Part shown: piece by piece, positions 25,790-37,545 of the stretch
How positions within the stretch are numbered: position 1 is the stretch's first letter
Layout of the letters: each line of letters opens with the position of its first letter
Assembly (NCBI GenBank): GCA_965240325.2
Contig: OZ251231.1
Span: 248,001-312,000 of the forward strand
Reading direction: 5' to 3'
Source: Rebecca billardiae RCC1528
Taxonomy: Eukaryota; Protista; Haptophyta
DNA length: 64,000 nt
Notes under the pieces: model-generated
Database searches by the model: none
What the model was told of the DNA's origin: nothing
The model's input: the letters and a program-made list of their open reading frames with translations, nothing else
Made by a program: the position numbers and the translations under genes

Positions 25790-26676
25790 CTACAGTATAC
25801 TCGGCGACACGGTCGGCTGCGGTCGGCACGCGCCCGGATGGCGGCGGCGGCAGCGGCAGCACACGTCGGCGGCTGCATTGGCGCACGGCTGCTCCGGCAG
25901 GGTTGCGGCTGCGGCTGCGGGCGGGTCGGGCTGGTTGTCGACGCGCTGCGACGGTGGCAGCGGCGGCGGGCTTGGCAGCTGTCTGGGCGGCTGCTGCAGG
26001 CTGGGCGGCAGCGGCGGCTGCAGCGGTCTACTGAGGCATGCGGCGTCGGCGCCGGCCTCGGCGCGCTGGGCGCCTGCCTGCGGCTGCGCAGCGCGTGCAC
26101 GGCGCGGGCCGACAGCTGGTCGGCAAGCGTGCAGCGCCGCCGTGCACAGCAGGCGTCCTGCTGCGTGCGTAGGCTGCAGCGCAGCCGTGCACGCCTGGTA
26201 CACACATGGCCCTTCAAGCCAGCCGCGGAACTCGGCGCGGCCCCTGACAAAGCTCTCGCGCATGTCGGTGTAGCACTCTGCGTGAAGGCTGAGCTGGTGG
26301 CTCGCACGCTGTCGAGCGCGCGCCGGGCGGCGTCGGCGATGACACACTGGGCGTAGCAGCCGCACGCACTCAGCACGCCCTCGTCCAAGCGCATGGCGGC
26401 GAGCGCAACGAGCACGGCGAGGGCGAGGGCGAACGTGGCGCCCCAGGCGCGCGGCTCGCGGCGACTGCGACATCGAGCGCTGCGCTGAGCGCACACGCGT
26501 GCGCGGCGCGCAGTGGGCGTCGGCCTCGGCGCTGGCACCGGCGGCGGCGGGGGCATCGGCGGTTGCGGCGGCATCGGCGGCAGCGGCCGCATCTGGGCGG
26601 GGGCGCAGGACTTCACTGTCGCTGCCACGCGCAGCGCGCCTGGCTCTCACCAGATCGGGCACGTGCTGTCGGACAG

Positions 26677-26711
<35 letters not shown>

Positions 26712-28285
26712 CTGCAGCACAGCCGTGCACGCCTGGTGCACACATTGCCCTTCAAGCCAGCCGCGGAACTGGGCGCGGCCCCTGACAAAGCTCTCGCGCA
26801 TGTCAGAGTAGCACTTGGCGTGAAGGCTGAGCTGGTGGCTCGCACGCTGTCGAGCGCGCGCTGGGCTGCGTCGGCGATGACGCACCGGGCGTAGCAGCCG
26901 CGCGCGCTCACTGCTCAGCACGCCCTCGTTGGCGAGCGCGTGGCCGCGAGCGCACTGAGCACGGCGGCGAGGGCGAGGTCGAACGCGGCGGCCCAGGTGC
27001 GCGGCTCGTGGCGACCGTCGGCATCGAGCGCTGCGCTGAGCGCACACGCGTGCGCGGCGCGCAGTGGGCGTTGGCCTCGGCGCTGGCACAGGCGGCGGCG
27101 GGGCCATCGGCGGCGGCGGCAGCATATTGGCCGAATAATATAACATACGCCACTAATTGTCACGGTCCGGCCGTGCTGAGCGGCTGCTGAGTCACAGTGA
27201 GCGTGTCACGTGCCTCACGGTCGGCTGAGCGGCTCGGCACGCGCTCGGATTGCAGCACCGTTCCGTGACCGGCATGGCATCACCAATTGTCATAAGGCGT
27301 TGTCGGCGTGCCCACCTGCTGGGCGGGCGCCGCGCCGGTTTATCATCTCACCGCAGCTGTCGAGCAGGTCGTCGATGGCGGGCACGTGCTGTCGGTCAGT
27401 GCCCCCCCCCCCGACTGCCCCCCCCTTGGGGCGGCCGACTGCTCCAGCTGGGGTCGGCGTCGGCGGCTGCATTGGCTGACGGCTGCTCCGGCAGGGTTGC
27501 GGCTGCGGCTGCGGGCGGGTCGGGCTGGTTGTTGACGCGCTGCGGCGGTGGCAGCGGCGGCGGGCTTGGCAGCTGTCTGGGCGGCTGCGGCAGGCTGGGC
27601 GCCAGCGGCGGCTGCGGCGGTCTGATGCATCTCTGTCAGGCCGGTGGCGTCTGCGCCGGCCTCGTGACTCTGGGCGCCTGCCCTCGGCGCGGCCCCTGGC
27701 AAAGGTCCGTCGCGCATGTCGGAGTAGCACTCGGCGTGAAGGCTGAGCTGATGGCTTGCACGCTGTCGAGTGCGCGCTGGGCGGCGTCGGCGATAGGCGG
27801 GCTCGGCTGATGCGGTGGCATAGGCGGCGGCGGCGGCGCAGGCTGTCGCGGCGGCGGGGGCACCGGAGGATGCGGCGGCATCGAAGGCAGCGGCGGCATC
27901 CGCGGCGGGGGCGCCTGGCGAGCGGCGGAAGGTGGCAGGTGCGATGGATGGCGCCGCCCGGCTGATGCGGTGGCATAGGTGGCGGCGGCGCAGGCTGTCG
28001 AGCGCGCGCGCGCTGGGCGGCGTCGGCGTTGACGCCGGGTAAAGCTTGTGGCCGCGAGCGCGCCGAGCACGGCGAGGTCGAGGACGAACGTGGCGCCCCA
28101 CGGGCAAGCTCGCGGCGACCGTGGGCATCGAGCACTGCGCTGAGCGCACGCGCGTGCGCGGCGCGCAGTGGGCATCGGCCTCGGCGCTGGCACCGGCGGC
28201 GGCGGGGGCATCGGAGGATGCGGCGGCATCGGTGGCGGCGGCGGCATCCGCGGCGGGGGCGCCTGGCGAGCGGCGGAAGGTCGGG
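25790..28285 (-). repeat. Mosaic of internally duplicated fragments (decayed Helitron interior), including a 32-nt poly-C at 26677-26708
   Basis: ~25862-26070 resembles ~27455-27680; ~26170-26550 resembles ~26710-27090 and ~28060-28230; GCYAQCVIADAA / HQLSLHAECYxDMRE recurs 3 times. Confidence 0.7.
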
Positions 28286-28286
28286 G

Positions 28287-28660
28287 CAGCACGGGCGCCT
28301 CGTCCCAGATGACAAGCCGCGCGCTGGCGAGCAGGTCGCCGCGCTGCGTGCTGTGGGACACGTGAAAGGTCTTGTTCTCGTGCTGCTTGTCAACGTGCAT
28401 GTGGTGCTGCAAGTGGAAGGTGCCACCGCCATCGAAGGCAAGCGCCGTGATGCCGGACCACGCGCACGGCAGCGCGACGTCCCCAGCCGCGCGCGCGCAG
28501 CAGGGCGCGCAGCATGACCGTCTTTTCCGCGCCAGCGGAGGCGCTGAGCGAGTGCAGCACTCGCCGCGAGTGCAGCACTCCGCGCGGTCGGCGCGTCGAC
28601 GTCGGAGAGCACGGCGTGGACGATGCAGGCCTGCTCGTCGTCGAGCACGGGCACGCGCGC
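28287..28660 (-). pseudogene. Helitron-type Pif1 (SF1B) helicase remnant
   Basis: Across frameshifts: LDDEQACIVHAVL; SAGAEKTVMLRALL (decayed Walker A); CAWSGITALAFDGGGTFH (motifs Ia/Ib); GDLLASARLVIWDEAP (Walker B). Confidence 0.85.
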
Positions 28661-28779
28661 GGCGGCCGCACCCACGCGCTCGTCCGCGCGGGCGTCGGCG
28701 CGCCTGGGCTCAGCGCGCGTGGCGGGCGGGAGCTCTGAGCTCTCGTGGGACGGACGTCCGGCGGGGCTGCAACACTTGC

Positions 28780-28960
28780 AGACTTGCTTGGTCCGGCTTC
28801 CGCATAACTAACTTACTTGGTCCGGCGTTTTTTACTTGGTCCGTGCTTTTTTACTTGGATTGGCGTCTGTTTACTTGGATTGGCGGTTTATGCGGCGTGA
28901 CGAACGTTTTTTACTCCGATTGGCGCCTGCTTACTCCGATTGGCGGTTTATGCGGCCCGA
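28780..28960. repeat. T-rich short tandem repeats (ttacttggattggcg / ttactccgattggcg), probable TE subterminal region
   Basis: Several ~20-bp units directly visible. Confidence 0.75.
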
Positions 28961-29453
28961 ACCCGTGACGAAATACCAAGTAATTTCCAAGTAGCGCAAA
29001 GTAAGCAATTTGTGCGCAAAGCACGCAATTTGGCGAGTTTGGCGAGCCGGATCGTGGAGAGAAACAGGAAGAGCGGAGACTAGTCCAGCGCGCTTTTGAA
29101 ACATCTGCAGCTGAAATCCGTCACTCGGTCTCGCCTTTGATTTCGTACCCATGCACTTCCTGGTGGGCCTGACGACGTCCGGACGACGACAACAACGACA
29201 TCCGCCATGGGGACCAACATCAACGCGCTCACACCACTGCCACTGCTGCAAGCTTCGACCAGTACCACTACAGACGAATCAGGAGAGCTGCGCCCTCGTG
29301 CCTGTGTCTTTAAATCATTAGAATTGGTCTGACAGTGATCATGATTCCTGGGAGGCCAGCCCCCGCCCAAGGGACCTCCCTTGCCCCGCCCCCCCCGGCC
29401 CGGAGCAAATTCGTCCTCGGTTTGCGTCACGGCGTGTGCCAGAAAGTAGCAGC

Positions 29454-30611
29454 ATGGCGTCGGCGCCGCCTGCTGATATGAACACGTCCTGCGTGATGCC
29501 GCCGTACCTCATCCCCAGAGGATTCGTCGAGCCCGTGAACGAGTGCTTGCGCGGTGTCGATGCGATCACGTGCATGACCACGCTGCTGACCACCTGGCTC
29601 CTGGCGGCCGCACTCGCCGCGCTCCTGTGGTGCGCCGCGCGCGCAGGGGCCAGCGCTGCGCAGGGCGCGCGCGTGGAGGGCGCGGAGCGCCCGCGCCGCG
29701 AGGACGTGGCCCCAGCGGGCGAGGGCAGAGGAGCTGGCTCTGGCAGCCCGGCCTTCTCTGCCTCGCGCAGCGCGATCGACGCCCTGGACGCCGTGTGCCG
29801 CCGCGCCGCATCGGCGGCGCCGCTCGACGCGGCCGAGCTGGCGCGCGCGCTGCGCTGCCTCGACCGACCCGCGGCGGCGAGTGACGCGACGTGGACGCAC
29901 GTCAAGTCCGCGGGCGGGCTCGAGCTGTACGAGTACTCCGCGCACGGCGCGCACGCCGTCAAGTGCGACGCGCTCTTCGACGTCGAGGCGCACGCGCTGC
30001 TCAGCTGCGTGCGCGAGCTCGAGCTGATGCCCCGGTGGAATCCATACGTGACACACTGCTACGCGGAGCTCGAGCCGGCAGAGGAGCGCGTGCGCGCGTG
30101 CGCGGCGCTTTGGACGCCGCCGCCCATGCCGCGCGTGCGCGCGCGGCTCGACGCGCGGCTCGACGACGCGCTCGACGCGCACGGCTGCATGCTCATCACC
30201 GCCGGGCCGCCCCCGCGCGTGCCCGAGGCCTCGCTGGCGCCCGAGGCGCGCGGGCTGCTCGAGCTGCCCATGCGCGTGGTGGCGGCACTGTACCCACGCG
30301 CGGCCCGGCAGACGCGCGCCGTCCTCGTGTGCGCCGTGCCCGCCAGCATCATCCCGGGCTGGGTGGTTCGGCTCGTGCTCTTCGTGATTGCGCCCGTGAT
30401 CTACCGCGCGAGCTGTCGGCTGCTTGGCGCAGCGGTGGCGGAGGGGCAGCCGCTGCGCGCGCGCATCGAGGGCGGGCCGCATGCTGCGCTGTACGCGCGC
30501 GTGCGCCGAGCGTGCGCGGCGCACGTGGCGGCGGGCGCGCCTGGCGACGCACGCGCGGCGGCCGAGCCGCGCCGGGCAGCGGCCAACGGTGCGGGCTGGG
30601 GCGACCTGTGA
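29454..30611 (+). CDS. START/SRPBCC-like lipid-binding protein with N-terminal hydrophobic segment
   Basis: WTHVKSAGGLELYEY..AVKCDALFDV..LLSCVRELELMPRWNP, WTPPPMPR, IPGWVVRLVL; TM-like TWLLAAALAALLW; true start may be a downstream Met (MTTLL). Confidence 0.72.
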   Translation: MASAPPADMNTSCVMPPYLIPRGFVEPVNECLRGVDAITCMTTLLTTWLLAAALAALLWCAARAGASAAQGARVEGAERPRREDVAPAGEGRGAGSGSPAFSASRSAIDALDAVCRRAASAAPLDAAELARALRCLDRPAAASDATWTHVKSAGGLELYEYSAHGAHAVKCDALFDVEAHALLSCVRELELMPRWNPYVTHCYAELEPAEERVRACAALWTPPPMPRVRARLDARLDDALDAHGCMLITAGPPPRVPEASLAPEARGLLELPMRVVAALYPRAARQTRAVLVCAVPASIIPGWVVRLVLFVIAPVIYRASCRLLGAAVAEGQPLRARIEGGPHAALYARVRRACAAHVAAGAPGDARAAAEPRRAAANGAGWGDL

Positions 30612-31082
30612 CCCGCCGTCGGGCACGAGCAGCCGCGCAGCGGACCTGCTGGCCGCGGCAGCTCAGCACGCTGCGCACAGCGCAGGCACCGCACAGCCAC
30701 TGGCCACGTGGCGCGGCCCGCTCAGGCCGCTGCACCGCAGCATGGTGGTCGCAGGGCGTGCCCGCGGCGCCATGGCGCACGTGGCTAGGCAGAGGCGCAG
30801 CGCCCTCCTGCGCCCTTCCGTGCGCCGCGAGTCTCGCGTCGCCACATCTTCATTGTCCGCGCGCCGTGACTCGTGAGCGCATCAGCCGCGCCGCGCTGGC
30901 CACTTCAGCGCGGACTAAGTAACGCCAATAATATGATATAGATAAAGCCGCGCCGCCACTCCGTAGCGCTCGCGCCGACGGTACTCGGACCGCCGCAGAG
31001 CCAGAGCGGCAGAGAGTGGCGACCAGTCAGTACTATTCGCTTCGGACAGGTTGCACGGGAAACTGACCTTGGTCTTGCCGGG

Positions 31083-31465
31083 GCAAGGGAGTCAAGGGTC
31101 CCGCGCCCCAGTGGCGCGCTCGGCGGATGTTGGCACACAGATTTTTGCCCGCGGCCTGCGGCGGGCGGCGGCGAGGGCGTGCTCCGCTGGCGGGGCGAGC
31201 GCACGGGGCACGGCGCTGCGGGCGCGGATGTGCCCGCGAAGCCGGCGCGTGCGGACGGGCAGTTGCGAGAGAGCATATGGCGCCCTCCTGCGACGCGCGA
31301 CTTGCGCCACGCCTCTTTCGCCTCGGCTCAGAGCAGCGCGCACGCACGCGCCGCCTCAAGGCCAGCCTTGCCGCGCCGCAGCCGGCCGCGCGCACGCCGT
31401 GCGCGGCGTGGTCGGGAAGGAGCGGGCGCTGCTGCCGGGCGAGATGGCGACATCATGTGCGCACA
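31083..31465 (+). mobile_element. Solo copy of the ~400-bp foldback arm repeat
   Basis: Near-identical to 52846-53230 (gcaagggagtcaagggt..cagtggcgcgctcggcggatgttgg..ggcgagatggc). Confidence 0.85.
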
Positions 31466-31471
31466 TGAGGG

Positions 31472-31693
31472 CCCGGTTAGTTTTGGGGTGCCCTCAACTG
31501 CCAAAACCACCCCTCGCGGAGAGGCTTGGACGGACGCAAGATGGGCACCCCTCGCCCTCGCCGTCGAGGACAAGCCGGAGGACGCCCGTGTCGGTAAGGC
31601 ACCCGCTGGGGCCGGGTCGCCACGGCCGCACATGCTCGCGCCAGGCGCGTTTGAAAATGACCCCAAACGACCCCACCCCAAAACTAACCCGGG
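31472..31693. mobile_element. ~220-bp MITE-like element with ~19-bp TIRs
   Basis: cccggttagttttggggtg (31472-31490) versus caccccaaaactaacccggg (31674-31693). Confidence 0.6.
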
Positions 31694-32641
31694 AGGCGCG
31701 TGCGCACGCGCGGCGCGAGCTCGTGGGCAGCATTGCTGGCGAAGCGAGCCGCCTTCTCGTGCTGCCCAGGCTGGGGATCCCCCCGCAATCACTCCTGATG
31801 AGGCGGAAGCGACGCGCCGAAGCACTCGCGATGCCACCGAGACGGGCAGAGCCGTTGCCCAGCGTCGCCTTGTGGGACATGGCGAGCCGCTGGAGCGGCC
31901 ATGCTCTCCCAGTTCGCGCGGCCAGCCCCCCCCCCATATTAATATTCGAAACGATGGAATTTGAGACGAATTTCGGGTGCGACCGTCCGTGGCCGATGGT
32001 GCCGGCGATCGACAGTAACTGGGCTCGGCCCTTTACCTACTCGTACTGACGAAATCTGCGCCGACAGATGTTTTCTACGCGGCTGAGATTGAAGCTGAGC
32101 GCGAAGGAGCGCGCCAGTCCGAAGATTTGCGCCAGGCCGCCGCAGCGAACCGAAGCGAATGAAAGAGAAGCGAACTTTCGATGAAGCGAAATCTTTGACG
32201 TGGGCCGATCTGGCGATCTCGCTCGCCCCCAGTGTGGGGCACAGGCCGGTGCCGCCTGCGCAGCCGGCCGGAAGCTAGTCGAGGACCTTCGGTGCCGGGG
32301 TGTCATACCTCATTTTAAGAGCAGGTCGATCTCATGAAGCGAAGTCATCTGTTCAAACGACTTCAATTCTCGGCTGATTTGATTGCCCTATAATAGATGT
32401 GGGTTCTGCGCAACTTCGGATCCATATGCAGATGCGCCCTTCGCGAAGGGAGCACAGGGAGCAGGCCGGTCGATACCCAGGAGGTGCAGCAAAATCCAGC
32501 AAAAGTGCCGGTCCATACCAACAGTACCCCGCTTTCCAGGTGGGCGAAAAAATCCGAACTGACCCCCGCTTGTCGCCCTGCTCGCCTGTCGTCGACACCC
32601 GACACACACCCACTACGCCTCGGCGGACACCGCCGCGGTGC

Positions 32642-34106
32642 ATGACACCGCTGATTCCCTCGATGCACGACGGTCTCGACTCGAGGGGTCGGCCACAGCG
32701 GCTCACCTGGGCCGCAGACGAGGACGAACGCTTACGCAGGCTCGTCGCACAGCACGGCCCGCGCCAATGGGGCATGATCTCGCGGTTGCATGGCACGCGG
32801 AACGATTGGCAGTGCCGCGAGCGTTGGCAGAACCACCTGAGCCCCGACGTGCGGAAGAGCGACTGGAGCGACGCCGAGGACGAGATGATACTCCGTGGCT
32901 ACGACGTGTTTGGGCAGGTGCGCATGGCGCGAGCTGGCACGCCAACCGCGCCGCGCGCGGATGCGCTCACACCCCGCACGCCCCGCCGCCCCACGCGCGC
33001 ACCCGCAGCAATGGTCGCGCTACCGGCAGATGCTGCCCGGGCGGACGGGGCACGACATTAAGAACCGGTACCACGCGATCCAGCGCCGAATCAAGCTCGA
33101 GGAGCACCAACGCGCCGACAACGAGGCGGTCGGGCTGGCGATCGCGGGCCGGCTGCCGGCGTCGAGCGCGCCCGGGCAGTTGAGCGGGCCGCCCCTGTCA
33201 GCGCCGCCCATCACGTACGAGGGCGGCACGGCGGTGGCGCAGGTGGCGCAGGGCCCGGTGCCCATCGGTCCGACGGTCGCGCACCACCCGGGCCAGATCG
33301 TCTCCGTGCCCACCGCGCCCCTCTCGTCGGCGTACATGGTGCCGCACCCGCAGGGGCCGGCGGTCGTGATGCCCGCGGGCGCGGCGCCCTCGGCACCGCC
33401 GCCCGACTCTGGCGTGCCGTGGCCACCGCACCCGCCGATCATGGCGCCCGCGCCGCCGCAGACGGAGGGGTGGGTCGCGGCGCACGCACGCGTGCCCGGC
33501 GTGTTCATGCCGCCGCCCACGGGCCCGATGGTGCTCGAGCCCGCGCAGGCGCCGGGCAATCAGCACTCGGTCGCGGTGCCGCCCGTGCAGCAGCCGCACG
33601 GCGCCGTGCCGGTCATGCCGACGATGAGCGCGCCGCGGCCGCCGACGCAGCAGATACACGTACACTCGATGCCCGCGCCGATGCCGCCGCACTACGCCCC
33701 CGCCGCCGCGGGCCGCCGTCTCACGCCGCCCAACATCATGCACCTCGCCGCCCAGCTGCAGGCCATCGCCGACCTGCCCACCGAAGGCATGGACGACGAG
33801 GCACAGATCGACGTGATCCTCGCGCAGATGCGCGAGGCGGCGCTGAGCAGGCGGCGGCTGCCGCCCGCGGGGCTCAGCACGATGCTCGGCTCGGACGTGA
33901 CGCAGCGCCTGCAGGGCTCGCACCCGCGCATGAACGACGCCGAGCTCGTCAACACCGCTCTGACCAGCAACGCCGCGCTCGCCGCGCTCTCCGACGCGGA
34001 CTCGGAGCACGCGCACAAGCGGATGCGCGCGCACAACACGCCGGGGCAGCCGGTCGCTGTCATGCAGTGGGGCGCGCCAGTGTCGGACCCGTCGCAGTAC
34101 TACTAG
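32642..34106 (+). CDS. R2R3-Myb transcription factor; 2 exons (32642-32917, 33009-34106)
   Basis: WAADEDERLRRLVAQHGPRQW..QCRERWQNHLSP..WSDAEDEMI..|QWSRYRQMLPGRTGHDIKNRY; phase-0 intron GT32918..CAG33008; Pro/Gln-rich activation-like tail. Confidence 0.92.
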
Positions 34107-35950
34107 GCGAGCGCCGTGCTGGCACGTGTGGCGCGCTCGAAGCCGCACCAACCCATCTCGGACCAGCTCGCTCAGTTCGCATCGGCCCAGGACATCAAGC
34201 ACACACCTCCGACCCAGGTGACCACCCCAGATCCGTCGGATTCGGCTGCGCGTTCAGTCAGCGCAGTTGACTTCGGCTCGGCACGCTCAATGCTGTCACG
34301 TGTCAGTTGCCCAGCATGCGGCCCGCGCGCGGCACATCTCCGCGCAGCGCCCCGCATCAGGACGACATGGTATGCTCGATCACGGCGGCTCAGGTGCAGC
34401 CCGCACCGACTGCCGCCCTGCGAGTCGGCACTCCCCGGACGCCCGGCCCGCGACGACTCGCCGCCCGAGTCACGCCACGCTGCACCCTAATGCCTGCAGC
34501 GGCGCCAGTGACTGCGACGACGTCGCGCCCCGAGAGTGTCATCACGACCGACTCACAGTGCACTACACTGTCAGTACTAAGGTACATATCAGCATGCCAC
34601 ACTGTCAGCTCAGATGTACTTCAGAGGCTCATTGGATGAATCGAGTCGCGCGCATTAAAAATAACAGGCAGTGCGCGCCTCGGGGACGTCACCTTTATTC
34701 ATCTTCATCTGGTGCGGCAGTCGCCCGAGCGCTCACGCAGATCCCCAAAGTAAAAGCCAGCTAAAGCGGTATTCACCTCGGTGGGTGGTGGGTTGAATGC
34801 TGGGTAAGATTATGGGTACGTTCATAACTCGTGATTCATGCCTTTCGGGGTGGCTAACGAACAAAATAGTGTTTAATTAACCGTTGCAAGTAAACGTACA
34901 AGTACAAGTGCAAGCAAAGTAGAGTCCTGGATACCTGGAATTAAACTTTTTACAGCCCGTTGGCCCGCAGCTCACGAGGCGCAGCCTCACAATTGTAATT
35001 CCGGGCGGGTCCCATCTACATGGCGCACGCATCACGCGCTAACGTGAGTCTGGGCTTCTGGCCGCGACGTTCGGGATGCCGCAGCTGCGGCGTCTCTTCT
35101 CCTGCTGGGCCATCGGCGTCGGCCTCACTGGGTTGGGGACGGTGTCGACCTCCCCCGTGTAGCCATGTCTGACGGCGCGGCTGTCAGCGCAGTCGTGCGC
35201 GCCGGCAGAGAAGTGGCCGACCTGGGTGCACGGCGCGAGTGTGCGCCAGTGGTGGCGGCTCATCCTGTGGGACGCGCACCTGTAGGCGCCGAACCAGCTC
35301 CGCGACGTGGTCGAGGAGCACGAAGATCATTGCGACTACGCCCTCATGTGGCGTCCCGGAGGCGCGGACAGTGTCGTGATCATCACTTGCGGCGGAGCGC
35401 GGTGCAGTGACGGGCCCAAATCGGCAGGTGACCAGGATTGGTAACCGTTGACGTACGAGTAGCAAGTAGTAGTGACCGAGACTTGAGACTGAGAGCCGAA
35501 GACTGCGGGCTGACGCTGCGCCACCACGAGGCACCGGACGACGTGAGACGACTACTATATAGACTTTATGCGGCCGCCAATATTCAGTCACACGCGGGCC
35601 GAACTACTACGAGTACTAGTTAACTAGACCTAGTCGGCCGCGCGACACTAGGAGAGGACTGTCAGCACTTGTCACTCTCTTGCCAAAGTGATAATGAAAT
35701 GATGACAACATTGATCGGCTCAGCAATGAGCATCAATCCCGGATGACGCGATCAATATATAGTAATATTTACGACATGCCGGACCTGTAGCGCTGGGCAG
35801 TCATCAGTCAGCCATCAGGCCTCGCGGCCTCGCCACGCGTCGCACTCAAGAGACGTAAGAAACGTAGACGGATCAGCGCAAACATGCGGCCCACGGCGGT
35901 CGGGCGGACCGGCGGATCTCGGCCGCAGCGGGAGGATGCCGCGCTGCGCG

Positions 35951-37261
35951 CTATGGCGAGACGTGCTCACTCCACACCCCGCCGGCGCCAGCCCTAGCGC
36001 GAGCGACGATCGAGTCGCCCGCCGGCGTGCCCGCGAGCTCGCACGCGTACCGCACGCCCGGTGGCACGGTGCCGCTCAGCAGCTCCCACGCGAACGCGGC
36101 CGTGGCCAGCCCGACGCACTCCTCGAGGTCGGGGTGGACGAGCTGCAGCGTGACGCGCGGCGGGTCCACGCCGCCGGCGCCGGCGGGGCGCGCGCCGACC
36201 ACGTCCACGCGCATCGCGTTCGTCGCGCCCACCAGCCGGTCGACCAGCCTGATGATGGGCTCTGAGAAGCCGGCCGCCGCCGCCATCAGCGGGCGCGAGA
36301 GCAGGACGCGGTCAGGCACGAGCGCGACCACGCCGAAGAGGTCGTTCCACACCTGCGGCGCGGTGCCGAAGCGCGAGCTCATGGAGCGCACGCGCCGCCG
36401 GCCCGGCGGCTGCGCGCCCAGCTCGGCCGCCTCCGCCGCCGGCACCGCCACCGTCTCCGCCAAGGTGGGTATATCCGGGTTGTCGAGCAAGTAGGCGGCG
36501 CGCGTGCCGAGCCCAGCGCCAAACTCCACGTCCCGCCGCTCGGTCCACGGGCTGAGCCGCGCGGGGCGGCCGTCGCGCACGCACCACGCGGGCTCGGCGA
36601 GCAGGTGGAACGTCGCCGCGACGATCGACGTGCCCGCGTTCCCCGTCCCCGCCGTGTGGAAGCTCAGCTCCACCGAGTCTGCGTCCGTGCCCGCCGGCAG
36701 CCGCGAGAGCGCGTCCGCCGCCATCAGCGCAGAGACGCCGGGCCAGATGCCCGCGGCGACGACGGCGGGCACGCCTGCGGCGCGCGCGCGCGCGTCCAGC
36801 TCGCGCCGCCCGTACCGCGCGAGCTCGGTGTTGTCGCACACGTCCACGTACGGCACGCGCGCGTCGACGCACGCGGCGAGCAGCGTCGGCCTCTCGACCG
36901 ATTGGAACGGCCCGGCCGTGTGCACGCACACGTCGACGGCGCGGAGCGCGCGCTCGAGCGAGGCGCGGTCGTCGAGGTCGCACGCCACGAACTCGGTGCG
37001 CTCCGCCGCGCGCGCGCCGGCGCGCGCGCGGAGCCGCCGCACCGACGCGTCGTACGACGCCTGCGAGCGGCCGCCGACGCCGATGCTCAGATCGGTCGCG
37101 GTCTCGTCGGCGAGCTCGGCGAGCCAGCGCACGGTGCTACCGCCCACGCGGCCGCTGCCGCCGACCACGAGCGCGCGACGTGGCGCGCTGGCGCCCAGCG
37201 CGCCCGCGGCGGGCACGCCGTGCAGCAGCGCGGCGGCAGCGAAGAGGGTGCGCGCCAACAT
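35951..37261 (-). CDS. Saccharopine dehydrogenase-like NAD(P)-dependent oxidoreductase, probably plastid-targeted
   Basis: Rossmann motif LVVGGSGRVG, VHTAGPF, YVDVCD, AGIWPGVS, TAGTGNAG, RFGTAP; N-terminal signal-peptide-like sequence. Confidence 0.85.
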   Translation of the reverse strand: MLARTLFAAAALLHGVPAAGALGASAPRRALVVGGSGRVGGSTVRWLAELADETATDLSIGVGGRSQASYDASVRRLRARAGARAAERTEFVACDLDDRASLERALRAVDVCVHTAGPFQSVERPTLLAACVDARVPYVDVCDNTELARYGRRELDARARAAGVPAVVAAGIWPGVSALMAADALSRLPAGTDADSVELSFHTAGTGNAGTSIVAATFHLLAEPAWCVRDGRPARLSPWTERRDVEFGAGLGTRAAYLLDNPDIPTLAETVAVPAAEAAELGAQPPGRRRVRSMSSRFGTAPQVWNDLFGVVALVPDRVLLSRPLMAAAAGFSEPIIRLVDRLVGATNAMRVDVVGARPAGAGGVDPPRVTLQLVHPDLEECVGLATAAFAWELLSGTVPPGVRYACELAGTPAGDSIVARARAGAGGVWSEHVSP

Positions 37262-37545
37262 TATGCGGGACGGGAAATCGCCTGCGCGTGCGCGGCGCCC
37301 GGCTACCGCAGTGGTCCGGGCGGGCGGGTGTTGACGGTTACAAGCTCGCCCTATAAAGAAACAGCCGATCGACCAGCACACCAGCACCAAAATTGGCTTG
37401 GTTTTTGCTTCGTCGGGCCGAATCATCAAGTCGGGTTCGCCTTGTGTCGGCCTCCGAGAGCGAAAGGGTGGGCGCAAGCCGGCCCCTCGGGCGCGAAGCG
37501 GAAGCGGAAGCGCGTCGTCGGCGCGCAGCGGGTGCGAGCCGCGCG

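Noticed and set aside
35040-35430. Zinc-knuckle-like CTQVGH..C fragment
   Set aside because: Incomplete CCHC spacing and no gene context
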